This document shows positions 50,553 to 64,000 of a DNA stretch of 64,000 nt, piece after piece; the stretch's first letter is position 1; each line of letters begins with the position of its first letter. Position numbers and translations under genes: made by a program. Source of the DNA: Carcharhinus amblyrhynchos. Its lineage: Eukaryota. Under the pieces are notes generated by a model. It saw nothing but the letters and a program-made list of their open reading frames with translations, ran no database searches and was not told the origin of the DNA. The DNA lies in the NCBI GenBank assembly GCA_965287045.1, contig OZ336871.1:19530001-19594000 (forward strand). The letters run 5' to 3'.

Positions 50553-50765
50553 ATTTGATTTGATTTATTGTCACATACATTAGTATACAGTGAAAAGTAT
50601 TGTTTCTTGCGCTATATAGACAAAGCATACCATTCATAGAGAAGGAAACGAGAGTGTGCAGAATGTAGTGTAACGTTCACAGCTAGGGTGGAGAGAAAGA
50701 TCAACTTAATGTGAGGTAGGTCCATTCAAAAGTCTGTCGGCAACAGGGGAGAAGCTGTTTTTGAT
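50553..50765 (-). mobile_element. Rex1/Babar-type LINE 3'UTR fragment
   Basis: Same tail as 12026-12240. Confidence 0.7.
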
Positions 50766-52347
50766 TAGAAGTGCCAAAAGGTACAAAAGAAAAGTCAGTT
50801 AGTTTTGGGTGGCGTGGTGGCACAGTGGTTAGCCCTGCTACCTCACAGCGCCAGGGACCCAGGTTCAATTCTGGCCTTGGGTCACGGTCTGTGTGGAATT
50901 TGCATTTTCTCCCCGTCTGCGTGGGTTTCCTCCGATTTCCTTCCACAATCCAAAGATGTGCAGGTTAGGTTGACTGGCAGTGCAAAATTGGCCCTAGTGT
51001 CAGGGGATTAGCAGAGTAAATATATGGGGTTACAGGATTAGGGCTTGGGTGGGGTTGTGATTGATGCAGACTTGATGGGCCAAATTAATTCCTTCTACAT
51101 TCTAGGATTCTCTGATTCTAGTTAAGTCCAAAAGTCAGATCTTAAGTCTGAACAAAACAAACTTGAAGAAGACAGACAAACTGCCTCAGATTGGAGAAAA
51201 CTATCAAAAATGGCTAGCACTTAAATAATCAATCCATAATTTACAACAAATACACATTCCTTTCAGACACAAATGTGTGGTGCAGCTATGATTAGTGAGG
51301 AGTTAAAACTGGTGTTCAATCAAAGGAAGCATCTTATGGTTTGTCAAAATAGCTGTAAGCCTGAGAATTTGGAGGATTTTAGAATTTAGCAAAGGACTGC
51401 CAAGAAATAGATAAGAAAAGAGATTAAGAGTAGACCAAGAAGCCACTCAAAAAGAGATAAGAAAAGTTTCTGTAGGCACGTAAATAGGAAGAGATGAGTG
51501 AAAGTAAACATGTACCATGGAAGCAGAGACAGGTTAAAATTATAACGGGTCATTAATCAAATACTTTGCATCTGTCCTCATTGTGAAAACACTTAAAAAC
51601 ATTCCAAAAATAATGAGAAACCAAGGGATTAGCCAGAATGAGGAACTTAAAGCGGTCAGTGTATGTAAAGAAATTGTCCCATTTAATCTCTCCAGTACTA
51701 AGTAGTGACAAATCCCTTGGAGGTGACCTGCATTTTCAGAGATAGCTGCAAAGATAGCGGATTTTTGGTACTGATCTTCCAGCATTCTCCAGAATCTAAG
51801 TCTGTTTCTGAGGCCTGGAAAGTCACAAACATTTAAAGAAAAGAAGGAGAGAGAAACCAGCAAGCTATAGATCAGTTAGTTTAACGTCAGTAATTGGCAA
51901 ATGGGCTAGAATCAATTATGAGAGACACAGTAACAGGTGTACTTAGAAAACCATCATATAATTAAACAGCAGACTTCTGACAGGGCAATTTTATTTGTAA
52001 AATCAGTTGGGAATTTGTGAGGACGTAACTAGTAGGATGGCTGAGAGGGAGCCAGTGGATGTAGTGTAATTGCATTTTCACAAGGTCTTTGATAAGATGC
52101 CACACAAGTGGCTATTACATAAAATGAGGCAATATGATTCATACAATCATGTTGTTATGCACTTTTAGAATGCATCAGGGCTCCAATTTGATGTTGAGTT
52201 TGGGAGGACCTGATTGAGATGCTTACAACGATCAAAGTTCCTGTTGCTACGGGCAACATGTTAGCACTGCTACCTCACAGCGCTAGAAGCCCAGAAAAGA
52301 TTCCGAGCTTGGGTCACTGTCTGTGTGGAGTCTGCACATTCTCCCCG

Positions 52348-54226
52348 CCTTCAGGCATCTGTTCAGGTACACTGAGGGAGAATTTAGCATGGCCAGTGCA
52401 TCTAACCCGCACATCTTTGGACTGTGGGAGGAAACCAGAGCATCCGGAGGAAACCCATACAGACACATGGAGAATGTGCAAACTCCACACCGACAGTGAC
52501 CCAAGCTGGAATTGAACCCGGGCGTGAGGCAGTAGTGCTAACCACTGTGCCGCCCTGTCCATTAACAATAATCAATCCTTGCTAATACTTTGCCTTAATA
52601 CATAGGAACAGGAGTCAGTAAAATTTGATTATAATTGCACAGTAGTATTTAGGTCTCATCAACTTTGATTCAACAAGGAAATTATAATACAATACCATCC
52701 GAGCCAGGCTATAAAGGTGGAGAGCTATTTGAACTTGTTTCAGGGATGGTGAAAGTAAGTATACTATTACTAGGGGGCAGCATGGTGGCACAGTGGTTGG
52801 CACCACTGCCTCACAAGTGCCAGGGACCTGCGTTCGATTCGCAGCTTGGGTCACTGTCTGTGTGGAGTTTGTATGTTCTCCCCATGTCTGTATGGGTTTC
52901 CTCCAGGTGCTCCGGTTTCCTCCCACAGTCCGAAACATGTGATTAGTTGCATTGGCCATGCTAAATTCTCCCTCAATGCACCTGAACAGGCACCAGAGTG
53001 AGGCGACTTGGGGATTTCCACAGTAACTTTACTGCAGTGTTTAATGTAACCTACTTGTGACAATAATAATTAAACTTGAAAACTTTAACTACTTTCTCTG
53101 TGGAATCCAGAGTCAAAGGATGAAAACTTCAAATTAAAGTCATACTACTGACGAGTGGCACACAGGAATCAACTTAAGATTTTCAAGACTAACACTAATA
53201 GATTGTGGAGTGAGGGTATCACGGAATTATGCTGTGATACCCTCACAGTAACTGTGAGGAAAAGTAGAGTTGAGGTACAGATCTGATCTAATTGAACTGG
53301 CCTGATCATAGAATCCTACAGAGCAGAAGGAGGCCATTTGGTCCATCAAGTCTGCACTGACAACAATCCCACCCAGGCCCTATCCCTGAAACCCCACATA
53401 TTTACCCCTGATAATCGCTCTAACATTCACATCCCAGGACACTAAGGGGCAATTTAGCATGGCCAATCAACCTAACCAGCACGTTTCAAACTGTGGGAGG
53501 AAACCAGAGCACCCAGAGGAAACCCATACAGACATGGGGAGAATGTGCAAACTCCACACAGACAGTGATCCAAGCCACAAATCGAATGCAGGTCCCTGGC
53601 ACTTGCGGGGCAGTGGTGCCAACCACTGTGCCACTATGCTGCCCCCTAATAATAGGATACTTACTTTCACCATCCCGGAAACAAGTTCAAATAGCTCTCC
53701 ACATTTATAGGTTAAGAGAGGGGATTAAGGGTTATGGGAAGAGGGCGGGAATGTGGAACTGAGCCCACGACAGATCAGCCATGATCTTATTGAATGGCGG
53801 GGCAGGTTCGAAGGGCTAGATGGCCTACTCCTGCTCCTATTTCTTATGTTCTTATAGCCTGGCTTGGATGGTATTATATTATAACTTCCTTGTTGAATCA
53901 AAGTTGATGGGACCCAAATACTGCTGTGCAATTATAATCAAATTTTACTGACTCCTGTTCCTATGTCTTGGGGCAAAGTATTAGCAAGGATTGATTATTG
54001 GTTAATGGACAGGGCGGCACAGTGGTTAGCACTACTGCCTCACACCCGGGTTCAATTCCAGCTTGGGTCACTGTCAGTGTGGAGTTTGCACATTCTCCAC
54101 GTGTCTCCATGAGTTTCCTCCGGATGCTCGGATTTCCTCCCACAGTCCAAAGATGTGCGGGTTAGATGCTAAATTCTAAGGCCATGCTAAATTCTCCCTC
54201 AGTGTACCTGAACAGGCGCCTGAAGG
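52348..54226. repeat. Inverted duplication, ~620-bp arms (52348-52966 and 53451-54226), ~480-bp spacer
   Basis: Unique inter-SINE sequence, e.g. aactttgattcaacaaggaa (~52661) versus ttccttgttgaatcaaagtt (~53886), is present in both orientations. Confidence 0.9.
53711..53851 (+). mobile_element. Very short 5'-truncated copy of the same young CR1 family
   Basis: Matches positions ~220-360; flanked by TTATAG duplication; empty site visible in the inverted paralogous arm at ~52700-52720. Confidence 0.88.
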
Positions 54227-55132
54227 ATTTTCACAGCAACTTCATTGCATTGTGAATGCAAGCCTACTTATGACTAATAAATAATCTTTAGAGTTGGAAT
54301 AAACAGGATATTTTTTGTGTTAGCAGGATGTAACTAGTGGGACGTAGCAAGGGTTACTACTTGGACCTCTGCTACTTATGATCTACATTGTCATACACTC
54401 AGGGATTGGGTGTAACCCATCCTAGTTTGCTGACAATACAAAGTTGGGAAAGTACATAGTGAGGAGAGTTCAAAGAAGCTGCAGAGGGATACAGAAGATT
54501 AGAGGAAAAGGGCAAGAACATGGCAGATGGAATACAATGTGGTGAAATGTGAAGGTATCCACTTCCATCAAATAAAAATAAAAACACAATATTTTTGAAT
54601 GGACAGACTGGGAAATGTTTGCATTAAGAGGGACCGGAGGATTCTTCTATATAAATTACAAAGCAGGTGAAATGGTATGTTGGCTTTTGTTACAAAGGGA
54701 TTGGGGTTTGAGAGTATAAAAGTTTTAGTGCTCTTATATGGGACATTGGTGAGACCAGAGTAGCGTGTGCAGATTTGGTCTCTTTATCCAAAAAAAAGAC
54801 ATACCTGTCCCACAAAAGTAGTAATAAAAGTTCACTAGACTGTCTCCTGGGATGAGAAGATTACCTGATGAGGTTTGAATAGGTGAGGCCCGTACATGTG
54901 GAGATTAGATGAAAGGTGATTTAACTGAAATGTATAAGATTGCTCGGCAGCTTGACAGGATGGGATGCTGAGAAAATATATCCCTGGACTGTGGCTTCAA
55001 CAACATGGGTCAGAATAAGGGGCTGGTCATTTATAATGGAGACCAGGAGAAATTTCTTCACTCAAGGGCTGTGAATCATTGGAATTCTCTATCCCTGAGT
55101 TTCTATGGTTCTTCATCATTGAGTATATTCAA

Positions 55133-55325
55133 TAAGAGGTCTCACAACACCAGGTTAAAGACCTGCAGGTTTATTTGGAATGAGCTTTCGGAGCGCACAG
55201 GTGAGTGATGAAGGAGCAGCGCTCCAAAAGCTTGTGATTGCAAATAAACCTCTTGGACTTTAACCTGGTGTTGTGAGACTTCTTGCTGTGCCCACCCCAG
55301 TCCAACACCGGCATTTCCACATCAT
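55133..55325. mobile_element. Palindromic mini Penelope-derived insertion inside old CR1
   Basis: Same arms and tail as 50171-50400; ribozyme cores decayed; TSD GAGTATATTCAA (55121-55132) / GAGTATCTTCAA (55326-55337). Confidence 0.8.
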
Positions 55326-58032
55326 GAGTATCTTCAAGGCAGAGCTCAGTATGAGTTTTGGATATTAAGGGTATGTACAGAAGATCGATCATGATCTTGT
55401 TGAATAGTGGAGCAAGTCTGAAGGGCCAAGTGGTCCACTCCAGGTCCTAATTCTTAAATTCACAACTGCAGGGACTGTACTGACCCTTCCGACTTTTCAA
55501 AAGGTGAGCTGTGAGCGCCACCTCCTGTTTGCGGTTGGGAGCGCAGAGATCCAGAGAAAGTGCCCGTTTTATCAAGGACCACCACGCACAAAACCTTTCT
55601 GCAATAATTGACAACTTATGCTATACGAGAACAGTGCATTTATCTGTTTTCTAACACTGAAGGTTTCAAATTGTTAACTCTCCATTAAAAAATACACATA
55701 TGACACGCACATAAGAGTTTCACATTTCAAAGGATGATTGGACTAACAGCGAGCAATTTGTACCTTTCTCCAACATGTTGATTGTGATGTTTATATTAAG
55801 GCATATTTTATGTAAATGGAATAGAAAAGAATTATGAAATGTTTACAGTTCAGAAGTGAGGCATTCAGCCCATTATGTCTGGACTGACTCCCTGCAAGAG
55901 CAATCATCTAAAATCATTCCCCTATCTTTACCTCTAGCCCTTCACATTTTCTTTTCAGATACTTACCCAATTCTCTTCAGAAAAATGATAAGAAAGTCCT
56001 AAAATAGCAGGATGTGAAACTGCGGTAAAATATTGTTAGAGTGAGTATATCGCTTCATCGATAGTCCACCTACTGGTTTACACATTCACTCCCTCCATCA
56101 CTGGCGCACTGGCTGCAATGTGTACCATCTACAAGAGGCACTGCAGCAACTTCTGAAGGCTTCTTCAACAACACTCCACAAGTTGTTGACCTTCACAACC
56201 TCAAGCAGCAGCTCAGGGATTTGAATATCATCTCCAAGTCACATGCCTTTCAGATTTGGCAAATTTGTTGTTCCTTCAAGTCAAGTGTTGGAATTCCCGT
56301 TTGAACACAACGCTGGAGGACCTGCACCATACAGTAACTGTAGAGTTCAATCACCAGCTCCCAAAGGCAAGGGCAGCACGGTGGTTAGCACTCTTGCCTC
56401 ACAGCACCAGGAACCTAGGTTTGGGTCACTGTCTCTGTGGAGTCTGCACATTCTCCCCATGTCTGCGTGGGTTTCTTTCAGGTGATCTGGTTTCCTCCCA
56501 CAGCCCAAAGACAAGCGGGTTAGGTGGATTGGCCATGCTAAATTGCCCCTTAGTGTTAGGGGGACTAGTTATGGTTAATATGTGGGGTTTTAGAGATAGG
56601 GCCTGGGTGGCATTGTGATCGGTACAGACTTGATGGGCTGAATTGCCTCCTTCTGTACTGTAGGATTCTAAGGGAACGGCCACAAATATCAACACCCCAG
56701 AATGAATTTTTTAAAGATGTATCTGGGTGCACTATCCAGAATCCTGGGCAACTATTGACCATCCCACAAGCAGTCAGAACCACGTGACTGCACATTCAAA
56801 GTGACTTGAAATGAATTATGCACATCCCTGAAAGTTGCAGCAGGTATCAGAGAGGAAATAACCTGCTGGACTTTGGTGGTATCTTTATAACAAAGGAATT
56901 AAGGCACGACTTAAGTTTAGCTCCTGGGTTTTGATATTAAAAAAAATTGACAATCCACTTGTTAGGCCCAATCACCTGTGATGCGTTGCAAGCACAATGG
57001 AAAAAGCAGAGAACGGATCCATGGTGTACACATTACACAACTTCATCTGGACTTGGAAAGTGATTGCAAAATCTTGCAAGCTAAACATAGGGACAGACAA
57101 AAGCCATTTGGCCCTTCTATCTTATTACACAAGGTTAATAAGCACATTCGTTCCACAATTCAATTAGATTGGATCTCGATTCCACTTTCCCACCTATTCC
57201 TTGATATCCTTACTCTACAAAAATCTATTAATGCTAGTCTTGAAACCCCAGCATCCACAGGAAGAGTTCTGGATTTCCGCAACCCTTTGTGTGACAAAAT
57301 CTCCCCTTGAAATAGCTTGGCTCCAATGTGAAGATTGTGCCCTTTGCTAACCACTGAAAACATTTTCTCTGAGCAGTCCAGAACCAATGTCAGCTTGGAT
57401 CCTGTTTGACCGAGCCTAAGATGGGATCAATATCCTTGCCTTGTCAGCTTGGACTTGCCTTATCCCTTATGTTGGGACCGTGATTGGACTTATTAGCTTT
57501 TTGATTAGAATTACCAAAAAGGTAGGAAAAAAATCTCAATTAGTTTTGGGCGGCACAGTGGTTAGCACTGCTGCTGCACAGTGCCAGGGACCCGGGTTCG
57601 ATTCCCAGCTTGGGACACCGTCTATGCGGAGTTTGCACGTTCTCCTGCATCTTGTAGGTTTCTACCGGGTGTTCTGGTTTTCTCCCACAGTCTAATGATG
57701 TGCGGGTTAGTTTGAAAGGCCATGATAAGTTGCCCCTTAGTGTCGGAAGATGAGCAGAGTAAATACTTGGGACAATGGGGATAGGGGCTGTGTGGGATTG
57801 TGGTCGGTGCAGACTCGATGGGCCAAATGGCCTCCTTCTGCATTGTAGGAAATCTATGATTCCTCATCAACCAGCCTTGATCATTTTTAGCATCTCGCTC
57901 CAATCGTCCCTTAACTCAAAACGGATCCCCAATGGATTCCCAAAATGCACAGCAGCTGAATTGGGAAACGAAGACTTGGCGCCTCTGCGACTAATCGAGA
58001 AAATGTTCCGTGAATAATTCAACAGTACTGAC

Positions 58033-58228
58033 CGACAAAGCTCTTCCACCCAGATGGACCGTCTGTCTGCCTCCATAACTCTGGCCACGCCACCAGTACA
58101 GTGTTGTGTTTCATTCCTCCCAAGCCAGACGACTGGATCAGGTGGGAGACCCCATCTCGCCGGTTGGATGACACGACCACATGGCAGAAACCTTTCGTCT
58201 TCTCCAGCCCCATCAACGACTTGATATT
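58033..58228 (-). CDS. SLC12A7: KCC4 coding exon
   Basis: ttgttgacAG|AAT...TCG|GTCAGT; 196 nt; [65 protein letters not shown](D). Confidence 0.95.
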
Positions 58229-60334
58229 CTGTCAACAAAACCAAGCACGTAAGGAGGGGCAAAGACACTGGCGTACGTGTCTGTCATGCTGGTGGAGAGT
58301 GCAGACACGTTTTATGCAATAATGTACAGTGGATGTTAATAGGGACAAAGTGGCAACAACTATCACAATTCCAACCCAGACTGCAGCAGAATGGAGGCTG
58401 AAGCCCACTTCCTCCACTCTACTGACTTCCGAATCTCAGGCATGCCAAGGCCTAATATTCCCTAGATGGGAGGAGGAGAAAATGAAGAGACAGTCACCAC
58501 TGCCATGGGTCAGTTAGAGTCACATTGCTGTACAACTGAAAGCACGTACTTTGCCTGCTCACTCAAGCCACTAAGAGTCAACAACACCCAAATAGAAAGG
58601 AAAGAGGGGAAAGTAACAGGGTTCTCCATGTTCTCTGGCAGCACAGCGATGAACACTGTTGTCTCTAAGCACTAGGGACCCGGGTTCAATTCTGGCCTTG
58701 GGTGACTATGTGGAGTTTGCACATTCTCCCCATGTCTGCGTGGGTTTTCTCCCACGCTGGTTAGGTTGATCGGTTATGCCAAATTGTCCCTTCGTGTCAG
58801 AGGGATTAGCAGGGGTAAATATATGGTGCTACGGAGATAGGGTCTGGGTGGGATTGTTGTTGGATGCAGGCTCAATGGGCCAAATGGCTTCCTTCTTCAT
58901 TGTAGGGATTCTATGATTCTTAACGACAAGCTGCAAGAGTTTATGCCCCACCACCTGACTTTCTGTATAGCATAAAACATTGTGGCCACCATCTAACTCA
59001 GCACAATCAGTGCTTTGCCACAGCAAATGGTGAATTTACCACTGCTAAACAATCACATGGAACTGTTGACACTGGATAGAGAAACTACCAACCTCAAATT
59101 TCTCAAGGCTCACTCTACAGACTCCTACCCCAGTTCATTCTTTTAGATAGTGAAAATCCCCTGGCATCTAGTGAAAATCTCTCACTCTCCAGGGTTGATA
59201 TGCAATGGAAATTCTGTCTTCTAGTAAAACTTGGCAATCATCAGATAATTAGACTCTATGCTGGTTGGTCTAATTCCAGTCAAACAGGCGACTTGGATCA
59301 AAAATACAATGCATCCCCAAGAAAGCACTGCAAAGATTAGCATACAACTCAACATGTCATCTATCAGAGATAACGGGGGGTGGGGGAGAAACAGCCTTAA
59401 ATATAGTTGGTCACAATCAAGACCTGAACACAAATCGATCATAGCACTTGGGATGAACCGGATCAAAGGTTGTGGGGAGAAAGCAGGATTAGGCTACTGA
59501 GTTGGACAATCAGCCATGATTGTGATGAATGGCGGAGCAGGCTTGAAGGGCCATATGGCCTCCTCCTGCTCCTATGTTCTATGTTTCTATCAAGGTTTGT
59601 GATTACTCAAAAATCAATTCCACGTAATGCATTTTCCATGCCGCATTTTATTGTTTCACCAACTTTATGTGCGAAATCTTTTCACCCACCCACCACAGGA
59701 ATCGTAGCCGGCGGGACACAGACCTCGGGTGGGATTTCCCGGTTTTGAGGTGAGCGTGGCCAGAAAGTCCTGTCTGAGGTGTCAAATAGAATTGAACAGC
59801 TTTGCAAAGGTAGGAGGCGCTTGTGAGCAGAGAGATTGGCCCAAAATCTTTGGTCACAAAATTTCGACAACCTATCCAGGTTCTCTTTGCAACGGGCGTC
59901 AACCAAATCCTCCGAATGGTGAATGGCTCATGGAAAATGGTCCCAGTCTTTCTTGGTTTTGTCACTGTTTTGATCTTCCGTTCTGGTTTTGTTTTTAAAA
60001 GGCCGCTATTGTTGTGAGTAGTCTGGGTTTGGAGCTACACAAAACAGACCGAAATCACATCATGCCACCCTAGCCAAGAAATGTCAGGCCTACAAAGTTG
60101 TTGAGCTTCCTTCCCCAAACAAATGATGGGAAAATATAGCATTGGAGATGACCATTCAGCCCATTATGCTTGGGCTAGCTCTCTTGAATGCGCAATCCAA
60201 AGGGTCCCTAATTACCCTGACAATGTTGCGTCTTCGCACAGATATTACTCTCCTTTTGAGAAGTTACTATTGAATCCACTTCTAGTACCCGTTCAGGCAT
60301 GGCCATCAGGGAAATCACTGATTTTTTTTTTCTC

Positions 60335-60688
60335 TTAGTGAATATAATGAGGGGCATGGATAGGGAACAGCTGTTCCCCTAAGTTGAAGGGTCAAGTACA
60401 AGGGGATACAAGTTAAAAGGTGAGAGGTGGGAGGTTTAGGGAGGGACTTGAGGAAAATCTTCTTTACCCAGAGGGTGGTGGCAGTCTGAGTGTGTTGCCT
60501 GGGAGGGTGGCAGAGGTGGGATGCTTGACATCTTTTAAACAGTACCTGGATGAGTACTTGGCACGCCATAACATTCAAGCTATGAGCTAGTAAGTGGGAT
60601 TAGGTGGGCAGGGTAGGATCTTTCATGCATCAGTGCAGACTCGATGGGTCAAAAGGCTTCTTCTGCACTGTAATATTCTGTGATTGAG
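60335..60688 (+). mobile_element. CR1/HER1-like LINE 3' fragment whose tail matches V-SINE tail type A
   Basis: FFTQRVV-like coding remnant; ends gtgcagactcgatggg...cttctgcactgta...ttctgtgatt. Confidence 0.75.
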
Positions 60689-60755
60689 ACCAAGTTGACA
60701 GGTTAATCCTGGTCAGCTATAATGCTTGCTCAAATTTGTGTGGTTGGACAAGCAC

Positions 60756-60924
60756 CTGCTCAGCATTCTGAACATCAGCGTGCCTCTCCAGAAACGTCCC
60801 TTCCAACACAGAGCCAACAATGGTCAATCCCTTGCCAGCCTTGAGCTGGGTGGTGAGCGACAGGAGACGAGGGTGCTTCACATTCTGTTCAGAATCCAGG
60901 TTCAGCAATATTAACAGTTGAGGC
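60756..60924 (-). CDS. SLC12A7: KCC4 coding exon
   Basis: cccattcAG|G...CAG|GTGCTT; 169 nt; [56 protein letters not shown]; [13 protein letters not shown] is KCC4-like. Confidence 0.95.
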
Positions 60925-62474
60925 CTGAATGGGAAGGGGAAAGTAGAAGCAAAAAGATTAGTCAAACAAGCCTAGTGATCTGCTCCTTGTCCTTTATTTA
61001 AAAAACTAACTCCCCTGGGTACACAAAAGAGCAAAAAGACTGGCTGTTCATTTTTTTCCCCTTCCTGCCCCTTAACTCACCCATGGCTAGAACAAAAAGG
61101 CAACGCCTGGTCTCCAGTAAATTAGATGACGCTGCTTGGTTTTTACTGTAGTGTTGTACCCTCTTGTGGCAAGTGGATTCACCACGCCTTGTGGTGGCAT
61201 TCTGCATCAGTAACTAAGGCCAACACCACCTCCAGGAACAAATGCTAAATGCAGGAATGCAGAGGAAAAGGCATGAGCCCCCCCCAAGGCTCAGTGGTTA
61301 GCACTGCTGCCTCACAGCACCAGGGACCCGGTTTCAATCCCCAGCTTGGGTGACTGTGTGATGTCTGCACACCCACCCCGTATCTGAGAGTTTCCTCTGG
61401 CTGCTCTGGTTTCCTCCCTTTTGACAATGGCGGCACTGTGGTTAGCACTGTTGCCTCACAGCGCCAGGGACCTGGGTTCGATTCCCGGCTTGGGTCACCA
61501 TCTGTGCAGAGTCTGCACATTCTCCCCATGACTGCATGGGTTTCCTCTGGCTGCTCTGGTTTCCTCCCACAGTCCGAAAGATGTGCTGGTTAGGTGGATT
61601 GGCCATGCTAAATTCTCCCTCAGTGTAGCCGAACAGGCGTCAGAATGCAGTGACTAGGGGATTTTCACAGTGAGTTCACAAGTCTACTTGTGACATTCAT
61701 TAAAAAAAACTTTAAACCTTAAAAATTTCATATACAATATACCATCCCAATGAGTTCCAACTATGTTATTTTATGTCAAGATTGCTTAGAGCGAATTACA
61801 AAATCAAATGTAACAAAAAAAAACTCCAATGTTATCACATTTCTGTCTACTAAATCACGTGTGAATGTCCCTTATCATGCTGACTAGTCTCATTGCTTGG
61901 CGCAGTGCTGTGTCTCCAGTATACAAATGTTGGGGCTGAGAGTTTGTACGGTCATTCCGATTGACTGATTGTTGTCTAATTTTCACGGATGCTGGGCAAA
62001 AAAAGGGCAACGTCAATCGATTACGAAACCTTTGTAGTTTACTGTCAATGGCGCCATATATAGATTCTCATTCCAATCGCAATGCATGATAAGGAAAGAG
62101 TTGAATCATTCTGGTCAGGTTTGGTGGTAAAACACATTCTTACACAAGAGCTCTGGGAGTATTATTTTGCTTGAATCCCAGGACATAAAGACCTTGAAGC
62201 TGATCTGGAGCGAACACAAGTTTGATCTTAGGCTGTGACATCTCTCATTCCGATGAGCACACCAGACAAGTCGTCAAGAAAATGGAAAATGGACTACACC
62301 ACACCCCCCCCCCCCGGGAGTTAATGTTGCTACTAAGAGCCTAATGGCCTCCTCCTGCTCCTATCTTCTACGTTTCTAAGCAGGACAACAAGCTTTGTGC
62401 TCACAATTGAAAGCTCCTTCCTGGAAAAGTAAATTTGAACAGATCTGCACCAGCAAACGCCAGTTCTGATTTTA

Positions 62475-62603
<129 letters not shown>

Positions 62604-62702
62604 TCATTTCACACCAAAGAAAAATGGACACAAACCTCGCAATAGGTTGATGCTCTTTCATATAAAAATGTATTCGACTAATGGAAGTTGGCAGCCATCT
62701 TA

Positions 62703-62834
<132 letters not shown>

Positions 62835-64000
62835 TTACTTACAGTAAGGCACTCAAAATCAAAACATTTTCACATATTTCAGAGTCGTGTATACTAGGCC
62901 TGGAACCAAGATTGGATACATTTGGACTCATAGTAATTCCCTTCCTATCAACAGAATCCCTGCAGTACAGAAGGAGGCCATTCGGCCTATCAAGCCTGCA
63001 ATGGCAGCAATCACACCAGGCTCTATTCCCATAACCCCACATATTTACCCCTGCTTATCCCCCTGACACTAAGTGGCAATTTAGCATGGCTAATTAACCT
63101 AACCTGCACATCTTTAGAGTCTGGGAGGAAACCAGACAACCCACACAGACACGGGAAGAATTTGCAAACTCCATGGTCACCTGAGACTGGAACTGAATCC
63201 GAGTTCCTTTGCACCCGCTTTAGAGAAAAGATTTGAGACTGTACACATTGCATTTTAGGGCTGAAGGACAGGAGGTTGTTGCACCGATGGAAAGAAGCCC
63301 TTTAATCTCCAACATCACAGGCAACAACCAACGAAGTCCATACTGAACCACGTAATGTCATTAAGCGTGCATGCCACAAGTACAAACAACACATGTGATG
63401 GTCAATTCCACCAAAAAACAGCTCAAAAGTGTTCAGCAAATATAAAAATATGTAATATAAAATGTATTTAAAAAATAAACCTCTGCATTTCATATAAACA
63501 TGGTGCAACTGGAGATTAGCAGCAGCATGTGAAATTGAGTAACGATGCAGTGCATGCTTACGATATCACTGATATAATACACCCGATTCTAAGGAGACTT
63601 GACCACACAAAGGATTATACTAAAAGCAGCTTATAAACTGGCTTTCTACAGTTAGTGTACAAGTGGCTCATGAGAAGAGTCTTAAAATGATACAGGGAAA
63701 AAGACCACGGAATTATACACAGAAAAATTGGACTTTAAAAAGACCTGAAAAATCAACTACTGGAATTAACATGCATTAGCCGTTCAATATTTACTTACTA
63801 TTGAACTTTATTAGCTGCTAAAAAGGGAAGGGGAAATGGTAAAATATATGCATCTACATTCATATAAATCAGAGGACAGAATTAAGTTACTCCATTTTAA
63901 CTCAAGGCGGCCTGGTTAACTTGGCTTCTTTTTAAACAAAGATTGTGTCTGGGAAAGGTATGCAGGGTTAAAGGGAATTTTGTTAGATTAACCCTCTCTT

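Larger units (their letters stand above)
51290..55460 (+). mobile_element. Old fragmented CR1 ORF2 (51290-52140 and 54290-55460) hosting nested insertions
   Basis: Degenerate DVV..F.K.FDK.PH (~52060-52110), VTSG...LGPLL..IY (~54330-54390), FAD.TK (~54425), 3' tail near 55450. Confidence 0.7.

Overview
Vertebrate genomic DNA, very likely from a shark (inferred from HE1-type V-SINEs, CR1/HER1-type LINEs and Rex1 and Penelope fragments). The only host gene I can support is the 3' half of a K-Cl cotransporter, best matching SLC12A7/KCC4, on the minus strand. It has 12 coding exons from 62823 down to the stop at 25134, all with consistent splice sites and phases. These include a 108-nt exon homologous to the 'KCC2-type' regulatory exon (IQSITDESRG...), a 15-nt microexon (EWGNL) and a terminal U12-type intron. 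The rest is intron, 3' flank and intergenic sequence packed with retroelements. The most unusual non-gene signal is a set of Penelope-derived pieces carrying minimal hammerhead-ribozyme cores, including ~200-bp palindromic insertions with target-site duplications and one ribozyme core on each strand. Also notable are V-SINEs with two alternative tails (CR1-like versus apparently Rex1-like) and a SINE-mediated inverted duplication that preserves the empty site of a later CR1 insertion. Repeat boundaries are approximate and family names come from recognition, not a database search.
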